From contig NC_086108.1 of NCBI RefSeq assembly GCF_963921235.1, forward strand, positions 83,950,001-84,014,000: DNA of 64,000 bases, in the 5' to 3' direction. Numbering within the stretch: position 1 is the stretch's first letter; the number at the start of each line of letters is the position of its first letter. This document shows positions 46,846-60,707 of the stretch, piece after piece. This DNA is from Mobula hypostoma (lineage: Eukaryota). The notes beneath the pieces were generated by a model. The model saw only the letters and a program-made list of their open reading frames with translations, had not been told where the DNA came from and made no database searches. The position numbers and the translations under genes were made by a program.

Positions 46846-49800
46846 ATTGCTGTTACCCGAGTTTGCACTCTCATATTTCTACTTTCTCGGCTTACCCAAA
46901 AATGTAACCTTTATGCATGCGGATTTCAAGTCTACTATCCCACGCAAAGTTATTTACTCAGTATCTGCTATGGTGTATTTCTATACGTTTTTGACTCCAT
47001 ATAGGGCAGAAACGATGTTTAGATGTGCATGCTAAGGCGACTGTAACAATGATCTTCAGAATAAATGGCGCATCTCACTCACCACTATATACAATATGCA
47101 CTCTACAACTTAGGAAAGACTTTCTTCGTGCATCACTTGCCCCTTTAGTACTAGGGAGCTGATGGCATTTCACTTACTGAAAACAACAACGAGCTAACCC
47201 CGGCACCCAACCAACAAGGAAGCGGGTTCACACTGAGGGTCCGACTCCAAAGGGCAAAGGACCCCGATTAAGAGATGAGCCAGTATGAAATATTAATTAT
47301 AGCTTTTTAAAAAAATAAATATATCGCGTGAGGAGCAAGAGCTGGAGCGAATAAGTTAATACCTCAGACTCACACTGTCAGGTCGCGAACCGCTAGTCAG
47401 ATGGGCAAAACCATACTGACCATTTGACATGGTGAATACCTTCTACCACCCATATTGTTGTAACGAAAGAGTAGCATTAGTCTCTAGGGATGCCCGGCCT
47501 TCATCGGAACTGGAATATTGATTGCATTGAAAAGTCTCTCACAGATATTTTTTAAAGGCACGGCAAATTTAGAAATAATGCACTCCCAAACTAATGGCAC
47601 CCGCCGAGAACTGAAGGGGAGCATTTATAGGAATAATGTTCGAAATAACATGACGTGGGTTTATGTCTGAGCTGCGTAACCTTACAGACCTAGGCACGAG
47701 TCACAGTGACACTTTGTCGCCCACTACTGACAACAAAGTGCCAGGAATTCCCCGATCACCGGTAACATCCGTTGGGAAATGGAAAGAATTAATGATCACA
47801 TTAGGAAAGAGAGAGACTTGGAGTTTCGCACGTATTCGTTCACACCAACTGTCCATTAATCAAATGCCTTCGGGTTAGTACGTAAGTATGAGTCAATTTT
47901 ATATATAAATGCATAAAAGAGACAATAATTGATAGCGGTTGGATTGTTAAACTCACCGCCTGCTGCCCGCCTCCCAAACCGAGCTCTTTGCACTCTGGGC
48001 CGGAGACAAGCGCTCCTTCTGCATGCTGAGAAAACTCGTCCACCCGTGTAAGTCATGGTGTGCTCTCTGTTTAAATCCCCAGCTAATCGGACATTTCCTG
48101 ACTCTGGTCGTGGCGGCAGGGGTGAGAAATCTCCTGGGGTTGCTCTCGGGAGATGGATTCGATGCTGAGTTTGGACTTGGTATTTCTGTGAAAGCGCCAC
48201 CCTCCGCTCTGCAACATGCTGTCGGACTCCTTTCCAAAAGTCCTCTGCAGCCACTTCCTGGAGCGAGCCTCTCGATTCTGTTCTTTAATGCACAACACCA
48301 AAGAACACATCCGTCCCCGATCCTCGATCTCGGGAAAATAAAAACACCCACAGGCCAGTGACGAAGGCGCTCAAAATATTAACAGACACCAGGATTTCCC
48401 AAAAGGGGGCTTACCCTGGGAACCCCGAATACCCCGAGAACCACCGACTCTTCAGTGTTCCCGTTTCAAGGGTGGGCAACAAAGAGTTGTACGTGCTTTC
48501 GGAGTCCTCGCTTTCCTTCAGCAGCGGGGACACACGCATGATTCAATGGGAACAAATACGCCGAATCCAAACAGTTTCTAAATAATCCATGCGAGTACGT
48601 GCACTAATGTGTGAGCGTGTGAGAAACTGCGAGTCCGTGTAGATTGCAGAAGGATATTGTTAACGTGAATGTGGACTCGAATGGGGGAGAAAAATAACCA
48701 AGCAATCTCCAGCCACAGGCAGTTTAGTTTTCGGCTTCGGATTTTGCGTTTCTGGTTTAGTTTAATCCAAAAAATGCAAGTGAGATGTTACTGCTTGTAC
48801 ACGGCTTCGGGACATAATTTGATTCAAAATGCCAAAGAACGATCTAGTTTGAACGTCGCGAATTTGAAACACAATCTCCGTTATTGGTACTCGGTCATTG
48901 AAGTCTAAGTGTTTGTTAATATAGAGAATTGTAGAATAACGCGCTTATGCCATGTACTACTGTATATGGCGCTGCTTTCCGTCATGTGTGGCGGCCAAAG
49001 CTAGGCAAGATGCAAATTATACGAAATTGAAGTATAAAAATGTACGACCCAATATTACAATGTCTAAAAGAGGCTCACATTGGCCAAGGCAATTTCGTGA
49101 TAGTTTAATTCCAACTAAAGTGGTATATTAGCACGAGTACGAACAGGGTAATTGACGGCACCCTAATCATTTATTCAGCACAATAGAAAGTCAAGAGAAT
49201 GTTTTTCCCCTTTAAAGCGCTGCATGTCGGCGGGATCGAAGGGAATCGCAAAACCGCGTCACGAACAGCACGCGTAAACCCTAATCACCAACGGTTGAGC
49301 CGTTTCCTGAGATAATCTACTTCCCGGGACGTAGTTACACGGAATGAGAACTTGGAGATTTTAATTAGGGGGTGGGGCACTGGAGTAATAAGAGGCGGAG
49401 GGGAAGATGCCGAGTTAAAATGGGAGTTGGTGAATTTTGCTGGTCTCCAGGCGTGAGCTCCGGATTCCGAACCAAATCCCTCCCCGCTGCTTGGGGTCGG
49501 ATTCCATTCACGGAATCGCTTGATCGGCGTTGGCATTTCTACTGACTTCGACACTTGTCCTAATACAACTCAGAACCTTGCCTGGTCACGCGGCCATTCG
49601 GCAATCTCCAAAAATCCAACAAAATCGGTCACTTTGAAGTCCTCCTTCAAGAAACCGGCCAATACAGCCCCCAAATCCAGAACTTCAACCCCGAATTTTC
49701 GCCAATAATCGGATCTCTCACGCAATGCGATCCCTCTACCCTACCCAATCTTTCCATCTGTCTTTACGTTGGTATAAAACAAAAGGTCGAAGCGAAGGAT

Positions 49801-51129
49801 TAGTGGACTATCCGATTACAGAGCTCCATGGCTCATTTATTCTAACATCGCGGAACCAAAAGGTTTATTCTTGTAAATGGCCCATTCAGGCTTCTATATA
49901 ACGATTGCCTCATACCGTTTCATAACCTAGTTATCCGATGGCAGGTCACTTCCGTCCATAATGAAATCAAAGTTTCTGCCTTATTCAACAGGTAGTCTCC
50001 AATCACTCTCGAGGGATAGGTCAGCATCACACTTTGAAAATCCTCCAACTCATTCGAAATACAAGTGCCCTTCAAGCGAAACATAACAGGACCTGAGACA
50101 CCGTGCTGGCGAAAAGTAAAAACCCCGCTTCCTTTTTCACTGATTCTGCCAGACCCTCTGAGCAATTCTAGCATTTTATTGACACCAATCAGGCAAGTAG
50201 TCGCTCATTAGTCAAATTCTCAACTCAATAGTAATCCCCTCTTTCAAAGTTCATCCCGAAAGCCATAGATGATTCAACCCCAAGACAAGCTGCTTATCAC
50301 TGAAAACGTGGTTCAACTCCGTCCTTCCTACATGCAGAATATAGTGGAACTGAGGTTTCTCGATGGTCTCAGTTAGCCTCTAATCCGTTATCCTTGACGT
50401 TCGCCCATATCTACTAGCTAATTTATTTAAAAATCAAAAACTTGCGCACTAGAATAGCGCACGATCTGCAAAATTCTTCCACACAAAACCCAGATACTTG
50501 CCAACTCAACCAAAACGTTCAGAACCCCAATTAGTCCTTCCACCAAGTTTAAAATCAAGGCACGTGCTCTTTAAGTAAACGCAACCTGCCACCGATGCTA
50601 ATTATAAATCGGATACGGAAAGGTAAAAAATACGTTTATTCAATTGTTCAAAAATTCACTATTTTGTGGAGGAGAAGCGCTGAATGAACTTGGTCTGCAA
50701 ATGTCCTGCAATGTAGGTGAAAACAATTCTTCCAATCAAGTACTAGACTTTCTCCTTGCACCACCCAGTCAGCTGAAATAAATCTCATCCTCCGGTTGGA
50801 GCAGATAGGCAGCGACCAACACAGTTTTCAGCGCCCGTGACTCGACGTGCACAGAATACTTCATTCACGGAGTAAAATTCAAATTCAGCGCGTGAAATCA
50901 TTCTCGTCAGAGAAAACAGGTTAACACCCGTTCTTTTAAAAGAAGCGACTTTCCAGCACAGGTCAAATTCATTATTTAATTGATTTATTGTTGAAAGCAA
51001 ATTAATTGTCTCCTTTCTGTGTAAATCTAAAGATCTGATAGTTCAGGTGACTTTTGTAATATCACCAAGACTTTAGTTTTAAAAAGAAAAAAAAACACAT
51101 ATATATACACACACGTTTATTTATTTAAT

Positions 51130-51985
51130 TTCTATTTACATTAGTGACTTGGAGGAGGGAACTAAATGTAACGTTTTCAATGACACAAATAGGTGGAGGT
51201 GCATGTTGTGATGAGGAAATTCTGAGTCTACAATATGATACAGTTGAGTGAGTGAAAAGATGGTAAATGGACTTTTTCTAGGACAGTGTGACATCATGTA
51301 CATCAAAATGTGGATTATTGGAGAAAGACTGCAAATGAATTTATTTAAGAAGGAACTATGTGTTCCAGTCCATGAATTACAACTAGCAAGTTAACTTTTA
51401 TTGCAAAGGGGTTGGAGTTTAAAAGCAAAGAGAGCTGCACAGGCTATGCCTGGAATACTGTGTACTAGAATACCCCTTACATAAAACAAGGATTAGAGAC
51501 TGTCCTGCAGAGATATGCCAAGCCAGTTCTTGGGATGAAAGTGTTGTCCTATCGAGAGAAGCTAGATAGTTTGGATCTGTACTCCCTGGAGTTCAGAAAA
51601 ATGAGCCATGATGCTATTCAAATAAATACTTTCCTATGGAGGATTGGCAAGCTAGATGTTAAGATGTCCTCATTGATAGGAAAACAATAAACACAGGGAT
51701 GTCTCTGCAGTATAAAAGGCCTGTTATTTAAAACTGAGGCACATGTAAGATTTTTTTTATTGGAGGGTAGAGTATCTCCAGAATTTTCTGTCTCTGAGGG
51801 TGATTGATAACAGATCATTGATGATATTTTACATGGAGAAAAATAAACATTTGGAAGGTTGAAAGCTCTGGGGAAATGGTACAGAAGAGGATTTCAGGCT
51901 AGCATAGATGAGCTATGTTCAGATTGACTAGCCGGGCAGGTTGGAGGGCCTGGCAGTCTATATCTCCTCCTACTTTCTTATTCTA
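51130..51985 (+). mobile_element. Old CR1 RT-3' fragment
   Basis: YISDLEEGTKCNV, SYREKLDSLDLYSLEFRKM; 3' hairpin region ~51935-51985. Confidence 0.75.
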
Positions 51986-52029
51986 AATTGGCAAATAACA
52001 CAGAATACAGAAATTACAAACAGTGAGGA

Positions 52030-52780
52030 AAGACATCCATTGACAGGATGTAGATCCATTGGAGAAATGGCTGTTGGAGTTTAAGTCAAACAAGTGAGAG
52101 AGTGAAGTAAATGGTATGATCTTTGGAAACACTGATGTACAGAAGGGCCTTGGAATGCAAGTCCATGGCTCCCTGAAAGTGGAGATACAAATGGATAGGG
52201 TGGTAAAGAACGACATATAGAAAGCATAGCTCCATTAGTTGGGGCGTTGAATATAAAAACTGGCAAGTCATGTCATGGTTTTATACAAGCTTTTCAGGAA
52301 GGCCACATTTGGAGTTTCATGTGTTGTTCTACCACATTACAGGAATGATTTGGAGGCTTTGGAGAGGGTGCGCAAGATGTTGTCTAGATTAGAGAGTATT
52401 AGTTACCAGAGAGGTTGGAGGTGATTGTTTTTGGTGGAGTGTTGGAGGCTGAGGGGAGACCTCATAAGAAAAGGTATACAAAATATGTGTGGCAAGAGAA
52501 AGTGTAATAGTCAGTCTTTCTCCCTAGTAGGAATGTCAGTACTAGAAGATATACAGTGACAGGGGCCAAGTTTAAAAGGGGACATGTGAGGAAAGTTTTG
52601 TTTTAAACAGTGTGGAAAGTGCATGGAACGAGCTGCCAAAAGACATAGTAGAGACAGATGTCATAGAGCGCATTTATTGAGACAGGGAATAGAGGGGTGC
52701 AGGCTTTTTTCAGGCAGATAGGATGGCACGGTAATGGTAGACTGATATGCCTGTTCCTCTGCTGTGCTGTTTACATTCTA
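52030..52780 (+). mobile_element. Old CR1 RT-3' fragment (second copy)
   Basis: gtacagaagggccttggaatgcaagtccatggctccctgaaagtgg...ggctttggagagggtgc...cctgttcctctgctgtgctgtttacattcta. Confidence 0.75.
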
Positions 52781-53224
52781 TAAATTTGTCCAAACACTAA
52801 ATCTTTCAGCCCTCAAAATACATGTTAATTGCCCATTATTTTCCCATTTTGTTAACATTCTCTATGCCTCATACACTGAGCTCCCCTCATTCCCCATCAC
52901 CATCCAGTCAATGTTTCCAGGGGCCCTCTCATACTTGTTGGAATTAAACTCCATCTGCCAGTTCTTCACCTAAATTTCTAAAGGATTTACATTTTTCAAG
53001 GTTATCTTTCCTCACTATCTCCAATTTCTCTATTGTTTGTCATCTGCCAAACGGGCAAGTTGAGCTATGGGTTATCCCTGCACTTTTCATACTGGATATC
53101 ACTGAATTTTTTATTTGTTTTGTACTCATGACCCCATTAAAAGTATCATATTGGCTTATTGAATCCATGTAGACATCTCCCCCATTTATATCAACTTTCT
53201 TCTCCAGATTCTGCCACTAGACAC

Positions 53225-53940
53225 AATTTTCAAGTTCAACATTGTCGTTCAGCCATACACAAATACGCATGAATACAGCCAAACGAAACAGCATTCCCCC
53301 TGGGCCAAGCTGCCAATAGTCATACACAGCACAAAGCACATATAAGATAGCAGTAAAGTAGTCACACACAAAATATAATAAAGCCCAAATCCTTGTCATG
53401 TCATATCATGTAGATTGATGGTGTGTGGAAGTTTTTGGCAAGAACAAGCCTGCAGCAGCCTGCAGATGAACACAGTCCTGCTTGTCTTCCAACAAGAAAA
53501 CACTGGAGGGCAGCACTGATGGGAGGAGCCAGACCCCAACCCTCCACACTGCCTCCAGTGTCTAATCTCCTGGGCGACTGCAACAGGTGATTCCATGACA
53601 TGAGGCCTCGTCTGCACTACAACCAAGATCACACAGCTCTCCTGCCATTGGTCTCGCCAATAAACCAAGGAACTGGACTTGCACTATTCTACATTACCAA
53701 TGTCCAACAGGACTAGCGATCACAAGAAATATGTCCGAGGCAATCACACACTGTTAGACTGCACACCACCTTTTTGCACCGACTCCAACACCTTTCTGTA
53801 GCAGGAAACAACAGTCAGCATCAAGTCCAACTCCTCTACCTCCCTTGCTCACTGATGAGGTAGACCTGCACTACTTGAAGTTCTTAATATCCAGGAGTGT
53901 CTTGCGATTGTAAAAGAGACATTTAAAAAAGACACCATCT
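53225..53940 (-). mobile_element. Non-autonomous retroposon with Rex-like tail
   Basis: 3' end ttcaagttcaacattgtcgttcagccatacac...cagccaaacgaaacagcattcc matches the reverse complement of 60855-60925. Confidence 0.55.
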
Positions 53941-54269
53941 TGCTCAGGCCTTTATCTACCATCCTGCATGTGTTTGGGATGTGGGAAGAAAATTATATAA
54001 ATCACAGGAAGAACGTGAAAACTCCACACCGACAGCGCCTGCAGACTGAACCTCAGTGGATGGAGTGGAACAGTTAAATAAGAACTGCTATTCTCTGTCC
54101 TAATACTGCAAACCACCTTAAATCTGGGAAAGAGAAATTGAAAATCAGCAATAGGTAAAAATAAAAATAAAATCTGTGGAAGAAATCTATCAGATTTTCC
54201 CCCATTTTCTTGTGCTTTCTGTACTATGCCTCCTTGTTCTGACTCTCCCACCAGTGAAATCTGATAGCA

Positions 54270-55900
54270 AGGATAACTGGCTTCCTTGTTCTCAGGTTGA
54301 GGATGATGTGAACTTACAGACTTACTTATATTCGAAGAGGCTTTTTTGAGGGCAGTTGGGTGCCTAGTTTGGGTGGGGTGCTGTCCATCACTGATGAAAG
54401 GAGAAGTTTCTCATTGCCTTCCCAATTCTACCTCCATTCTGCACAGCCATTGTCCAGGGATTTTCACATAATTTTGGATGCTATACTTTTTCAAGGAGTC
54501 ACTTGATAGCTCCCTCCGTCCAGTTGGTAACCTGTAGGAATGAGGTATCCTGGCATGTAAATGGAGCTGAGTGTAATAGGGCTTTGGCACAGGGGATGCT
54601 GGCCTGGGAGAGATATTGTCACAATAGTTTTGAAGGGTTTCTTGAGGCAGCATTCCCATGTTGTGAGGTGTCTTCTGTAGCAATCTTTTGGCATTGGTAT
54701 TGGTTTATCACTGTCACATGTACCAAGTTACAGTGAGTAGCTCGACTTTCATATTGTTCATACAGATCAAAATTATTATTAGTGCCTAGAGGTAGAACAA
54801 AGTAAAACGATAACAATTCAGAATGAAGTGTGAAAGGGACAGAAAAAGTGCACTGCAGGCAATTAATATACTGCAATATAATGATTTTGATATCTCAAGA
54901 AGGCAGAGATCACTGCAGCCTGGTAGACCTTGAAGTTTGAGCCAGGTTTGAAGTCTTCATCTTGAGGCACACAATTCCTCTGGAAAAAGGCTGTATTGGC
55001 TTAGTGAAAGTGATGATTAATTTCATCATAATTATCTAACTTCATTGAAAGGAGTTCCCGAGATATAACAGGATCAACATTTTCCATGATTTTATCACTA
55101 ACCTTCATGACTAGTGGCGGTGTTAAACACCAAGATCAAGATGGCAGATGACATTTGTTTTGGTGGTGTTACAGGAAAGTTCCTTTCTATCGCACAGTTC
55201 AGTGAATAAATTGATATCTCCTTGTAGCTCAACTTTTGAAAGTGTCTTTTGCGTACACATTGCAGCTTAATGAGTGAGGTTCGATTGACTTTGGTTCTGA
55301 AGTGCAGTGACATTGGTTGAATAATATCCCAATTATTCAGTGGAAAGTTTGAAGAACGGTTTTGTGATGATGACACATCCTTGTTCACTACCAATCTGCA
55401 CTATGATGGTGTCTGCTGTGGACCTAATAAAAATTAGAGCTTGAAAGCCATTAAATGCCACATAGCTTTAGTTTTCCATCTCAGGAATGCAATCCAATAA
55501 TTTGATTTTACTCTAATTTGTTTCATCTGAGAGCTAAACAGGACTGGAAATTTATCTGGGCAAGTCAGTTCCACAGTGGATAAATTGATGCTGAATGCCT
55601 TTGCAAAACAGATCCAGAACTGTGGCAAGATTCAGTTATGATTCAGACAATAAATTCTGGCCATTCATTAGAATTAATGTGGCTGGCCCGTTTCAGAAAA
55701 TATTTTTAAAGCATAATGAAGATTGACCACTTTACATAAAATTGTATTTTTATATTTCCAGTCAACCCCGTTTTCCTGGTGAACACTGTACCATTCCCTG
55801 GATGGATACTGTTTTCTTTGCTGCTGGCCTATATTCAAAATTTTAAAAGAATTTCTTGCCAGTGAACTGGATATTGCAGTTTATTGCTACACTGAACTGA
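54270..55900 (-). mobile_element. Ancient RTE-like LINE relic interrupted by a Rex1 tail (~54690-54880)
   Basis: Residual CFAKAFSIN...CPDKF, LHFRTKV...IKLQ and PTGRR...DSLKK motifs in RTE order; heavily decayed. Confidence 0.5.
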
Positions 55901-55974
55901 GCAGATCTTAAAATAAAATATATACTCACATTCATCACTTCCCGTTCAGAAAAAAAAACATTTTAATGTATCTA

Positions 55975-56360
55975 TACGCAAATGCAAGAGATTCCGTAGA
56001 TGCTGGAAATCCAGAACAACACACACAAAATGCTGGACAAACTCAGCAGGTCAGTCAGCATCTACAAAGAGGAATTTACAGGCAGCATTTTGGATGAAGA
56101 CCCATCATCATGTCTGGAAGGGGGAAGAAGCCAGAATAAGAAAGTGGCAGGAAGGAAATGGGTACAAGCTAGAAGGTGATAGTTGGAACCAAGTGAGGGG
56201 GGGGGGAAGGTGGTTGGGAAGGGGAGGGGATTGTAGTGAGAAGCTGGGAGGTGAAAGGTGGAGAAAGTAAAGGGTTGAAGAAGAAAGAATCTGGCGGGAG
56301 GAGAGAGTAGACCATGTGAAAAATGAAAGCATATGTGTCACCAGAGGGAGGTGAGGGGCA
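55975..56360 (-). mobile_element. PLE terminal repeat with tail, hammerhead degenerate
   Basis: gcaagagattccgtagatgctggaaatccagaacaacacacacaaaatgctgga...; homologous to 730-1050. Confidence 0.85.
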
Positions 56361-56364
56361 TATC

Positions 56365-56790
56365 TATAAAACATAGAAAAATACAGTAGAGTACACCCCT
56401 TCCAGTGCACAATGCTGTGCTAACATACTCCGCAATCTGTTCCCTACTACACAACCCATAAATCTCCATTTTTATTACATCCATATGCCTATCTAAGAGT
56501 CTCTTAATGTCCTGTTGTATCAGTGCCTATCAATACCCCCAAGCAGTGCATTCCAGGCACATGCCCATCTCTCTGTAAAAGCAAAAGGAGCCTACTTCTG
56601 ATATCTCCCCCAAAACTTTGATCACTCACCTTAGATGGATGTCTCTGCTATTGGCCATTGCCACCCTGGGAAAAAGGTGTTGGGTGTCCACTCTATCTAT
56701 GCCTCTCATAACCTTACGCATGCCTATCAAGTCACCCTTTATCAGTCCCAAAATCAAGCCTAGCTTGCTCAACCTTTCCTGATAGGGCAT
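56365..56790 (-). mobile_element. CR1 3' end fragment
   Basis: YQERLSKLGL...GDLIGMRKVMRGIDRVDTQHLFPRV; tail aacatagaaaaatacag. Confidence 0.85.
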
Positions 56791-59700
56791 GTATATACAC
56801 TCAGATAGTTCCAACTTCATGTCCAAAGAGCTATTTTGGGCCAAGTGAGCCAAAGAACACAGGAAGCTCTGTGGTCCACAAGGCAATATAAAGTAGAAAG
56901 GGGTATATATTTCTTTAAAAGGTCAACTCATAACATACAAGAATCTGTAGGCCTTAATAGGACAGAAGGAGTCAAGGTACTTCCTTTGCTGGAGAAGTTT
57001 ACAATAAGGGGTACAATCTCTGAATAGAGGTTTGACAGTTGGCACTGATAGAAAAGGAAATTTCTTCCTCTGTGAATCTTTGTAATTGACTGTGGATATG
57101 AACACTAGGCTGAAAGCAAGTGGTAGGAGTTCCTCTTGAGAAATGCAAGGAAGGAGGTAATGTGGACTGCACCTTTGCACTACATGGGCAAACAATATTT
57201 CTGGCTAAGTGTTGGCTTTGCTTGTTGAAGGTGTGGAGCTTTATTAGATGGTGCCTGTTTCATCAATTCAAATGATGCAACAAACCTTTCAGCTCTCGAT
57301 TAGTGGCTTGTTCTCATACAGCTTCTGTGTGATAAAAAACATCTACCTTCATTGTCAAAGAGACGAAAGCAGGACAGATTGTGTTGTGCTAAGCATCCTA
57401 ATTTTCTAGAATCCAATTTAAATGCCAAATATCAGGCTTACTTATCTCCACTGCTTAATCCAGATTTTCAGACACAGGGCTTTGACTGAGATGCATGCAA
57501 GCTGGAAGGACTAATTCCTTCTCCAACGTTATCATCACCAGGTCAGTGCAGTTTAAACTCCTCCCTCCCTCCCTCCAGTCGCTTCCCCTTTCTGGCCCAT
57601 TAATCACCTCATGGTTCCTTCACCTGGGCTACTAAATCTACCCTGTATCTAACCTCGAAAATTTAAAGATAAATATTTGAACTATTTTACAGCATAAATA
57701 GTGCATTCACATTTGCATATCTCTTTGAAATAATTATTCAATTAGCTCCAATCCTTGCCCTTTCCACATAGACTGCTAATTTTTTTTTATGCTACATTTC
57801 ACTTTCCTAAGGACTTAATCATCACTGCCTGTTAATCCTATTTGAACTTCAGGGGCATGGAGGTTTAAAATCTGATGTCCTTAGTATTATTATATTGATG
57901 AGTAAATCCTAAGTCAGATCACGAAGTGTTAGCAAAAGCAGTTTGGAACATTTTCAGTCATAGCAGGAAAGAATTTCCACTCATTTAAGCATCAACTATC
58001 ACTGTAGTCTCGCCAGTTGACCAAAGCAGAGAAAATATTTAAACATGAGTTGTATCTAGGATTTTCATGGCCTTTTACAGAACACAGTGGAGAGGTACAT
58101 GTGAGATGGGAAATGTGAATTGTGAAATGTGATTATGTGCAAGGGACCAGCTACCAAATAGGGCTGAGTGGCTTGCAATGATGAAGTCATCAGGTTTGGT
58201 ATATGGTACTTACTGCTTGGGTTGCCAGAGGACTTGAGTGCTTGTAACTGGAGAAGCTAATGGTGTTACCCTTGTTCAACAGAGGTACAGAAAACTATGT
58301 TAGTCTTCAGAGTGTGAATACATATAAATCTTTACAATTAATATATCGTTCAAAGAACAGGGCATATGGATTTAAGTTGATGAGAAAAACATTCATGGGA
58401 GGTGCAAGACAAAAATATGTAGTGTGGTTGTGATGTGAAACTTGCTTCTCAAAGGGTGCTGAGAACAGAATCAATCCAGGTCCTCAAAAAGAAATGCAGT
58501 GAAATATATTGCAGGGCTATGAGAAAAGGCAGGAGAAGGGGATTGATTGGATCTCTTGACAGAGAGCTCCACAGACCTGAATGCATAGCTGTTTCACCTG
58601 CCATCCAACATAATAAATTTACAACAGAAAAGACTAAGAGCTTAATTTCCTAAGCAACCACATCATTAATTTTCCCTACTCTCCTCATTACAGAGTAGAT
58701 GCAAATTCATATTAAGGTCAGGAATATTCAATTTGATCCAAAAGTAACATCGCTTTTTCTCCTCCAGTTAAATAACGCTCAGAATTATGCAAAAAAGGCA
58801 AATAATATCAATTTAGGAAAAGATGTGGATATTATCCTCCAATCTTCAGCACAATCAAGCAAACTCCAGATTTTGGAGTACTTTGTGAATCTCATCCTTT
58901 TCCACCACATTCTGAGAATTTACTTGGTATAATTTGAAAAATATAGCCCTTTTGAGGACTTTGATCAGCTCCTTCCTCCATTCGTACTTCAAGGTTTGCT
59001 AACTGATATGTCACCAGTTAATCTTCCCATCATCAAATGTCAACTTCCTACTTCTAGTAGAATATCCAAAATGAGTTCACAACTTTCACTGGATAGGCTC
59101 GTTAAATTTTGCATAACAAACCACTCATGGAAAGTGAATTGCTGGATAATCTAAATATCAGTGTTATAATTGGACCTTGTTTCTGCAACTACATTATTAA
59201 GATTCGTGATAATTTTGTACTAGGATCACAAGAATCATTATTTTAAAAAATCTTAAAAGCTATATTACAATGCAAAATGTCACACATCCACATTCAGATC
59301 CTTAAAATATCTTTTAGAAGTCCATCAACCAGTTCCTTAAAAATGAAGGATAAAATACAAGTACCTTAAAGAAACATAATTATGGTACATCAGTTTTGTA
59401 ATGTGCTCAGTATTCTTACACTGCTTAGTCCATTCTGAATCATTATACAATCCACAAGTCCTCTCATGAAATATTGATGTCTATTCTTGAATATAACACA
59501 ATATATATTTCCTTCAACTATTATGGGATAACATGTGTTCTATAAATGAAGTTGCTAATTGAAGCACAAATTGCACATTTTCGGAAGGAACTTTTCTTCA
59601 AATTTGTGCAAACTCATTTGTATATCACTCAATGGCAAATATGCCAAAAAACAATTAAGAAGTCAAATATATATAACCCTGCTCAAATATTAATGACTTT

Positions 59701-60284
59701 GATATCTTTATTACTTCTATCTTTCTCAATTTTTAAACATTTTATTTGTTTAAATTGCCTATGAACTATTCTTCAGTATTTGTTTGCCTTTGCTAGTGTG
59801 GCTGTTGTTCAGCAGCAGATGAATGAATTATGATTGCTTAAGCAACACAATTGCACTGGGTAGGCTCAACGGGTCATTTAAACTTTTCCTGTTCAACATT
59901 CCACATATATATTTAAAAAATTACTTCTCCAATTAAATGCCATCACTTTCAGTCTCTGAGCTCAGCGGGGATCATCTCACTGCTATCAATTCTATCATTT
60001 GACAAGCTACTTCGTGGGAAGTAATATATATCTATATTTTTTTTACTTGGTGAGTTGAAAATGCTAGGAGTCTACAAAGATTTATTATTGGCAGGATTAC
60101 TTAGAATAACTCATGTAGTCTCTGAAATCCAGAAGTTGCCATCTTCAAAGAACACTGCCTTGAAAACTTAAGAGTAAAATTTGCAGAATTAGTGAACCAG
60201 TGAGAACTTAAGTTTTTTTTTTAAAAAAAGTAACCCCACTATAAAGTGTTGAATATGTACCTTTATAGCATCCGTGGAAATGAT

Positions 60285-60322
60285 CAGTCAACGTTTTGGG
60301 CCGGAACCCTTCGTCAGGACTG
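60285..60322 (-). ncRNA. Hammerhead motif, G12A variant
   Basis: Reverse complement: cagtc-CTGACGA-a-gggt tccg gccc-AAAAC-GTT-gactg. Confidence 0.7.
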
Positions 60323-60707
60323 AAGAGGGAAGGGGCAGAGACCCTATAAAGAAGGTGGGGGGAGGGTGGGAGAGAAAAGGCTGGTAGGTTCCAGGTGAAA
60401 AACCAGTAAGGGGAAAGATAAAGGGGTGGGGAAGGGGAAGCAGGGAGGTGATAGGCAGGAAAGGTGAAGGAGGAATAGGGGAAAACACAATGGGTAGTAG
60501 AAGGAGGCGGAACCATGAGGGAGGTGATAGACAGCTGGGGAGGGAGCAGAGTGAAATAGGGATAGGGGAAGGGAGGGGGAGGGAATTACCGGAAGTTGGA
60601 GAATTCTATGTTCATACCATGGGGCTGGAGACTACCTAGGCGGTATATGAGGTGTTGCTCCTCCAACCTGAGTTTAGCCTCATCAGTAGAGGAGGCTATG
60701 TATTCTT

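Larger units (their letters stand above)
42500..51050. promoter_or_regulatory. Broad CpG-retaining, LINE-poor domain (putative non-methylated island)
   Basis: CpG is visibly frequent here (densest ~44250-44550, 47950-48620, 49200-49750) versus the flanking unique DNA; only short repeat fragments; no long ORF. Judged by eye, not computed. Confidence 0.7.

Noticed and set aside
42500..51050. Endogenous virus, foreign DNA or contamination as the cause of CpG richness
   Set aside because: No long ORFs or viral motifs; it contains the same host repeat families as the flanks and shows no terminal repeats.
56080..56115. Additional hammerhead in the 55975 PLE fragment
   Set aside because: Both core boxes are too mutated to call.
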